Source: Callorhinchus milii (taxonomy: Eukaryota). From it: 64,000 nt of DNA. Position 1 is the first letter of the stretch; each line of letters starts with the position of its first letter. The DNA lies in the NCBI RefSeq assembly GCF_018977255.1, contig NW_024704742.1, forward strand, positions 33,668,001 to 33,732,000. The letters are read 5' to 3'. Shown here one piece after another: positions 58,191-64,000 of this stretch. A program made the position numbers and the translations under genes. The notes beneath the pieces were generated by a model. The model did not search any database. It saw only the letters and a program-made list of their open reading frames with translations, and was not told the DNA's origin.

Positions 58191-58624
58191 GACTACCTGG
58201 AAGAGATGCCAGAAGGTTACTGAACACATAGAAATGCCTCTCAAGGAGAAAATATTGGGGGAAAATAAATATTCTAGTAATTGATTCACTCACTGCGATA
58301 ATGAAAACAGACTGTACACTAGTAAACTGGAAAATGAGCAATGATGCTTAGCCACACGTTTGAAGCGCAAATCTTTTGCATTTTGATAAGATTCTAGGAA
58401 AGGTTTAGAAATTTACATTCTATTACATTTGATGAAATTTCATATTTTCAGCCTCTATGTACTTTTGGCTATATTTACATATGTCCTGTGAAGTTAACCC
58501 TGGCTGCCAATTGTCTGCATATTATAAACATTACGCACACAGTACTCAAACATTGAGAACCCGTTTCGGTCACATCCCCAATACTTGGGGATCAATGATC
58601 AGTTTGATGCTGGAGCTTTTTATT

Positions 58625-59070
58625 AGAGAATCATGAATCCTATAACACAGAAGGAGGCCATTCGGCCCATCGTCCCTGTGCCAGTTCTTCGAAAGAGCTG
58701 TCCAATTAGTCCTATCTTTCCTCATAGCTTTAGATTTTTTTCTTTTCAAGTGTATATCCAATTCCCTTTTGAAAGTTATTATTGAATCTGCTTCCATCAA
58801 CCTTTCAGGCAGTGCATTCCAGATCATAAAAACTCACTGTTTAAAAAGAAAGTTCTCCTCATCTCCCCTCTGGTTCTTTGCTAATTATCTTGAATCTATG
58901 TCCTGTGGTTACCAACCCACCCACCAGTGGAAACAGTTTCTCCTTATTTATTCTATCTACACCCCTCATCATTTTGAACACCTCTATTAAATCTCCCCTT
59001 ACCCTTCTGTGCTCTAAGGAGAACATTCCCAGCTTCGCCCGTCTCTCCACATAACCGAAGTCCCTCATCC
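58625..59070 (-). mobile_element. CR1 LINE 3' fragment
   Basis: YVERRAKLGMFSLEHRRVRGDLIEVFKMMRG...WNALP; CR1-type short tandem tail. Confidence 0.9.
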
Positions 59071-59276
59071 CTTAGAGGATCATTTAAAAAAAACTATTTC
59101 ACTGCTTCTCTTGAGAAATCCCTAAAAAAACGAAGCATTTGATTTCCTTGTAACATACTGGACACAGTACAATACAAAAATAATACTGTTCCTCATCTTC
59201 AACAGATGTCTCCATCCGAAACATCAGTCAACAAGATGAACCCTCATATTTTTGGTCAGAAATCAAAAGTACTTCT

Positions 59277-59356
59277 GGATGGATGGATGGATGGATGGGT
59301 GGATGGGTGGGTGGGTGGATGGATGGATGGGTGGGTGGGTGGGTGGATGGATGGAT
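59277..59356 (+). repeat. (GGAT/GGGT)n microsatellite
   Basis: Directly visible. Confidence 0.95.
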
Positions 59357-59594
59357 ACTCATTTTTGTCTCTCAAAATTGGACTGAATCTTGTGGCACAT
59401 CAACTTGTTTGAAGCCAATGTGAGTAGATGTGAGTGACTTCCTCTGTAGTTTCACTAGATGTCGCTCTCTTTCTCTTCCCTGCGAAACGAACTGTAAAAA
59501 GAAATGTAAAACTTCCCATATCATTTATGAATGTCAGAGTATTAGAATCAGCAATATCATGACTGCAGTAACAGTTTTTTTTTGCGGCTCTACA

Positions 59595-59683
59595 AACGAC
59601 GTGAAAAGCGCTATATCAAATGCACGGATTATTATTATTATTATTATTATAATTATTATTATTATATTATTATTATTATTATT
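59595..59683 (+). repeat. SINE tail with expanded (TTA)n
   Basis: GACGTGAAAAGCGCTATATCAAATGCACGG followed by (ATT)n. Confidence 0.9.
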
Positions 59684-61686
59684 AGCACAAACACTGCTCG
59701 GCTGCGGTCATAACTCCCACGTTCAGTCTCCCAACCCGGTGAACATCCCGTCTGTGTGTGCACAGAGTTACCATTCAAAAGGCATCTTCATTAAATCGAC
59801 CTTCAAATTATATTTCGCTGCATTGACCTTGGGGGCGAGTGTGACTGTCTCCTGTGCTCTGCTCGGAAAGTCCGCACTTAAAATACTTCACAGCGATGTG
59901 TATGTGGATGTGGATAAATGCACCCCCCCCTCCTCCAAAAAAAAAAGACTATTCAGATCACTGGGACTCAATGCTTTGACAAATCCAGACATCAGCTCGT
60001 CGTTGTTCTTCCTAAAATCTCAATCAACGATCGATGAGCGCCTGACGGCAGCAAATGCTGCCAAATCCTCATTCAAAGTGCATTTATCCGAATTTTTTTC
60101 CCCCACTTCTCTCTCTCTCTTTTCTTTTCAAATGCAAAGTCTATCTCGCATATGCGCCCCCCCCCCCCCCCCCCCCCACCTCCCCCCCCACACCCCCTCT
60201 TCCTCTCCGCAGAGACCTGCCCGCCCTTGCACACTTGGGGTAAATATGAAAGATTTTAATCGTATGACATCTCACGTCCCCAGCCTGAGTGGGGGAATAA
60301 AGCCTCCAGACCTGGGATCATTGGCTCCAGACAACAGCTTCATCAGCCGGAAAAAAAAAGAGAGGACTTTGCTGCCTTCCTCCAGCTCCTCAATCCCCTT
60401 CTTTGTTTGGCAAACATGGCCAGCTCGAGTCACCCTGGCCATATGGTTCACTCCAGAGTCTTTCCTTGCAAATGCTGCAACAGATTCATCACAATTTACC
60501 CCACACACACACCCCCCCCCAAAAAAAAAACAACCCCAAGCAGATGCGTTTTGTAACCATGGATCAGCGCACAGCAACTAAACCCGCAATAGGTTTTATT
60601 GTAACGCTGCAATCGCAGCACCTTCGATGATTCTACCTCCATACCTTTTTTTTTTCCCCACCACCTCCACCCACCCCCCCCCCCCCCAAAAAAAAAAAAG
60701 AAGCTGTAAAATGGGATTTCGAGACACCGAAAGAGATGATGAAAAACTCTGCTGTCGGAAGGCACCGGAGTGCAGCAAATAAGAGCAGTTCGGAGTTGAG
60801 ATGCTGTCTGGATATTGCAGATCTTTTGGTCCACGAGGAGGAAAAGAGATTAGTTACAATGCGCCTGGTTTTAGCAGCTGACTTTGCCAAGCTATCATGC
60901 TCACTCCACTCCCCCCCCCCCCCAAAAGGCTTTCAACAAATCATTAAATTCTACTGAGGTGGCCAAGCTGGAAGGCTTTCACGAATTAATAAAAAAAAAG
61001 CAAAAGAGAGAGAGAGAGAGAGAGAGAGGGAGGGAGAAAATCAGAAGCCCCTTGAAGTGGAAGATGTCCAAGAAAAACTCTTGAATGACATCAAAAGAAC
61101 GAGTTTCCATAGCTGTTGAAGCACGAGAGCTGTGTCTTTGGACAAAGATAGAGAGCCATAGGCACTGTCCACTCCTCTATACCAGCACAATTGGGTCACA
61201 GAAATAAGGAATTAATTACCATCCAAGAGTAAGGGTCCTATTCAGCCCAGGCTGAGTTTTATTAAACGCCAATATAAATAACAAAACAACTCTTGTGGCT
61301 GCAGTATTTCTACACGGCAAAGGAAGGATTACGTTGAGGATTAACATCTTAAAGTCTATGAGACTTTCTGACTCAAGACTCTCTGCTAGTAATCGTATTT
61401 GTCTCCCGGCTCAGCGATTAGTGGCTCCATCATTCACTGGGCGCAGGGAATGTCTGTGTTTATATATATCATATATATATATAATATATATAAAGAACCT
61501 GCCAAGATTTAAATTCGAGTTCTTTCTCGGGCTCTATATTAGGGGGAATATAAAGTGAAATGGTAAAATGTTGTGGCAGACTTTGCAGTTTCCAGGATTC
61601 CTGACCCACATCAGATCAAACGCAGTACTTTTCTTTGATGGGGGTGTGTTTCTTCACTTCTGAGTGCTTTAGCTCTTATTAAGCTT

Positions 61687-61721
<35 letters not shown>

Positions 61722-62604
61722 CCCTCCAAAAAGAAAACAACAGAGATGATATGACTCTGGCACCTGTCATGCAAATTGGAGAGAGAGAAAAAATGCACCA
61801 AACTTTAAGACGGCCACATGACTGCTTACTGCACACAGTAAGGTAGTGTGTGCTGAGTGCAGGCAAATCCCATTCCAGGCTAAAAGGGGGAAAAGAAAGA
61901 TTTTGGAAACTTCACTGAGTGACTCAATCACTGAGCGCCACAGGTTTCTGAACCCCCTCTCACCGACTGTAAACTAACTAACGCGCTGCGTAAAACAAGG
62001 TCCCCTGAGATAGTTTCACCCTCTTCCTCGACTCACTGAACAATAATTAGAAGCAGAAGAAACGCTGGAAATCCACCGCAGGCGAGTCAGCATCCGAAAG
62101 AGAGAGACGGGTTAATATTTCGGGCACGACTTCTGGGCAGAACTTGGTGGAAAAAAAACACATCGGATTTGCCCACTTTATTGATCATTTGCACATGGCC
62201 TGTCTCGTTCGCCTTCAAATACACTTTCACTGTGAAGCGTGTTGAGACTATCTCAAATAGCAAACATTATTATTATTATTATTTATTTTGCACATCAGCA
62301 GAAACAAACCTCACTGCAAATCGTTTGCAGATCTCCTTGGCAGAGCTTATTCGCACAGATTCAAGTCAGAGTCTGGGCACACAGCAACCCTTTTACGAGG
62401 TGAATGCAACTTCAGTCAGACTGGTCAGGGTGTTTGGGTCGTTAAGAGTTCTGGTACAGTCGTTACTTGGGGCACCTGTTCTTTACAGCACTTTTTTCTT
62501 TAAAAAAAGCCTTTCGTATTGTATGTAGGTGTTTGAGAGATACTCGCTGAGTCGCCCCCAAATCGCTTCGCAGAATATACTGCAAAGTGCAATGAAGCCA
62601 GAAG

Positions 62605-62684
62605 ACGCAGGAGGTCAGGCAGCATCTATGGAGAGAGGAAAGTGAGTTAACCTTTCAGGTCTATGGCCCTTCGTCAAAACTCAC
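62605..62684 (-). mobile_element. Penelope-like terminal repeat relic with a degenerate type I hammerhead motif
   Basis: Minus strand GTGAGTT-TTGACGA-AGGGCCATAGACCT-GAAA-GGTT-AACTCAC; more decayed sister copy at 62050-62145. Confidence 0.6.
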
Positions 62685-64000
62685 ACGGCACAGACCTGGA
62701 CTGGAACGAGATTGGGTATTATCAGAATCGAAGCCAAGTATACAAAAACAGTGACTGGGAGCCACACAGTAATGTTGATCTTGTGTTCTGTTCTGCAAAC
62801 CCTGTGCGTTTATCCAACCACCACCCCCACCCCCCCCCCCCCCCCCCCCCCAAAAAAAAAGAAGCAACGAAGCAACTCAAAACGATTTGAAGGGACATGA
62901 ATATCCCAGAATCAATTGTCATATAAAATGATTTGGCGATGATTTTACGTTTCTCTCTCCCTCTCTGCATAATAAATATCACAGCCACACAGTCCCCTTT
63001 CTCTCTCTCTCTCTCTCTCTCCCACTTTTTTTTTAAAAAAATCTAAATAGTTTAAAAGGCGGCGATTTCTCAGCATAGCAGAGATCCCAGAGTGTATGTT
63101 TATGCTTTACACTTTGAAGTTGCATCGCCCCCCCTGTCCCACTCTTGCATTTGCTCTCCCTTTTCACCTGCACCAGGAACATTAATGCGCCATCACAACT
63201 TGTGGGGTCGAAAGCATAAGACCTAATCTCATCCCAGGTTTCGTAGCAACATCTTCCACCAAAGTTTTAGGGCTTTTCGGGTCACCTTAGGGTTCAAGCT
63301 ACTTACAGAACAAAGCATCTCTTCAGCTCCTGGTTTCTAGGGAAAACGCACTGAATTTTCTGATGAGGTCAGACCGTTGATTTTTTAAAATCTTACCATT
63401 TATCTTGCCACAGAATTGGGTACTTAAAGGCTGTAGTGAAACCGTTTGACCCTTTAGGACAGTTCATGCACTGGACACTGGCTGGACTCTTTAACCCCCT
63501 GTTGCTGTGCAACCTGTGGTTTTTTTTTTGCACAACATTTCAACTGGGATCACTCTCGCACAGTCCAACCCCTTGGACAGACCTTTCACAGCGTATACGA
63601 CGCCTGTGACCAAATTTCCAAGTAACACATTTATAATTTGTGTACAACACATGACATGACTTACAATGCAACGGTTACATGATTAGTTAGAAAAAAAAGT
63701 TATACGTTTTCAATCCATTTGTGCGATGTGTATATCTAAAGATACCTCGTCCAAGTCTTACTGCAAACCTTCATAGATTTGTTCCAGCAATGTTTAATAC
63801 TGCAGTGAACACTTTTTTTTTGCTTTATTGTCCAGCAGTAATTTCTCGAGGCAAGGAACTAAATTGCAAGACACCTCCAAAATGATGTCTTCTAATTCAT
63901 ACTTAAATATATAACCGTAGCCATAAAATATTAAGATGCGACCATAACCACAGCAGAAGTCTTTTGTCGATTTTGCTTCCGGTGAAGGGAACTTAAATGG

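Noticed and set aside
59430..60581. 383-aa ORF
   Set aside because: Non-ATG start; crosses a SINE tail (poly-Ile/Leu) and homopolymer runs; no domain features
63350..63385. CTGATGA-GGTC-A-GACC hammerhead-like start
   Set aside because: No GAAA after the stem, a 1-nt loop and no closing helix
1..64000. CRISPR array or prokaryotic defence system
   Set aside because: Intron-exon vertebrate DNA; the recurring sequences are dispersed SINE/LINE tails, not regularly spaced repeat-spacer units

Overview
Vertebrate genomic DNA. The SINE, L2, CR1 and Penelope repertoire points to a cartilaginous fish, probably a chimaera such as Callorhinchus (inference). The window holds two head-to-head genes sharing a CpG-island promoter at about 11.0-11.7 kb. 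LARP7 is on the minus strand: six coding exons at 405-7125, and the gene continues past the left edge. ZGRF1 is complete on the plus strand: 30 phase-compatible coding exons at 12351-56060, about 2038 aa, with an N-terminal DUF2439-type domain, a GRF zinc finger and a UPF1-like SF1B helicase. Introns are packed with tRNA-derived Deu-type SINEs, L2 and CR1 fragments and DNA-transposon relics. The last ~4.5 kb is comparatively repeat-poor and motif-rich, consistent by human synteny with NEUROG2 upstream regulatory DNA. Most notable observations: a two-exon acidic C-terminal extension of ZGRF1; degenerate hammerhead-ribozyme relics; a large palindromic repeat family; locally templated insertions (a perfect 56-bp inverted copy and a 49-bp copy of a helicase exon); telomeric repeats inserted in a SINE; and a ~950-bp G-rich expansion seeded in an L2 3'UTR beside the promoter. 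I found no evidence for a wholly new gene system. All coordinates and alignments were done by eye.
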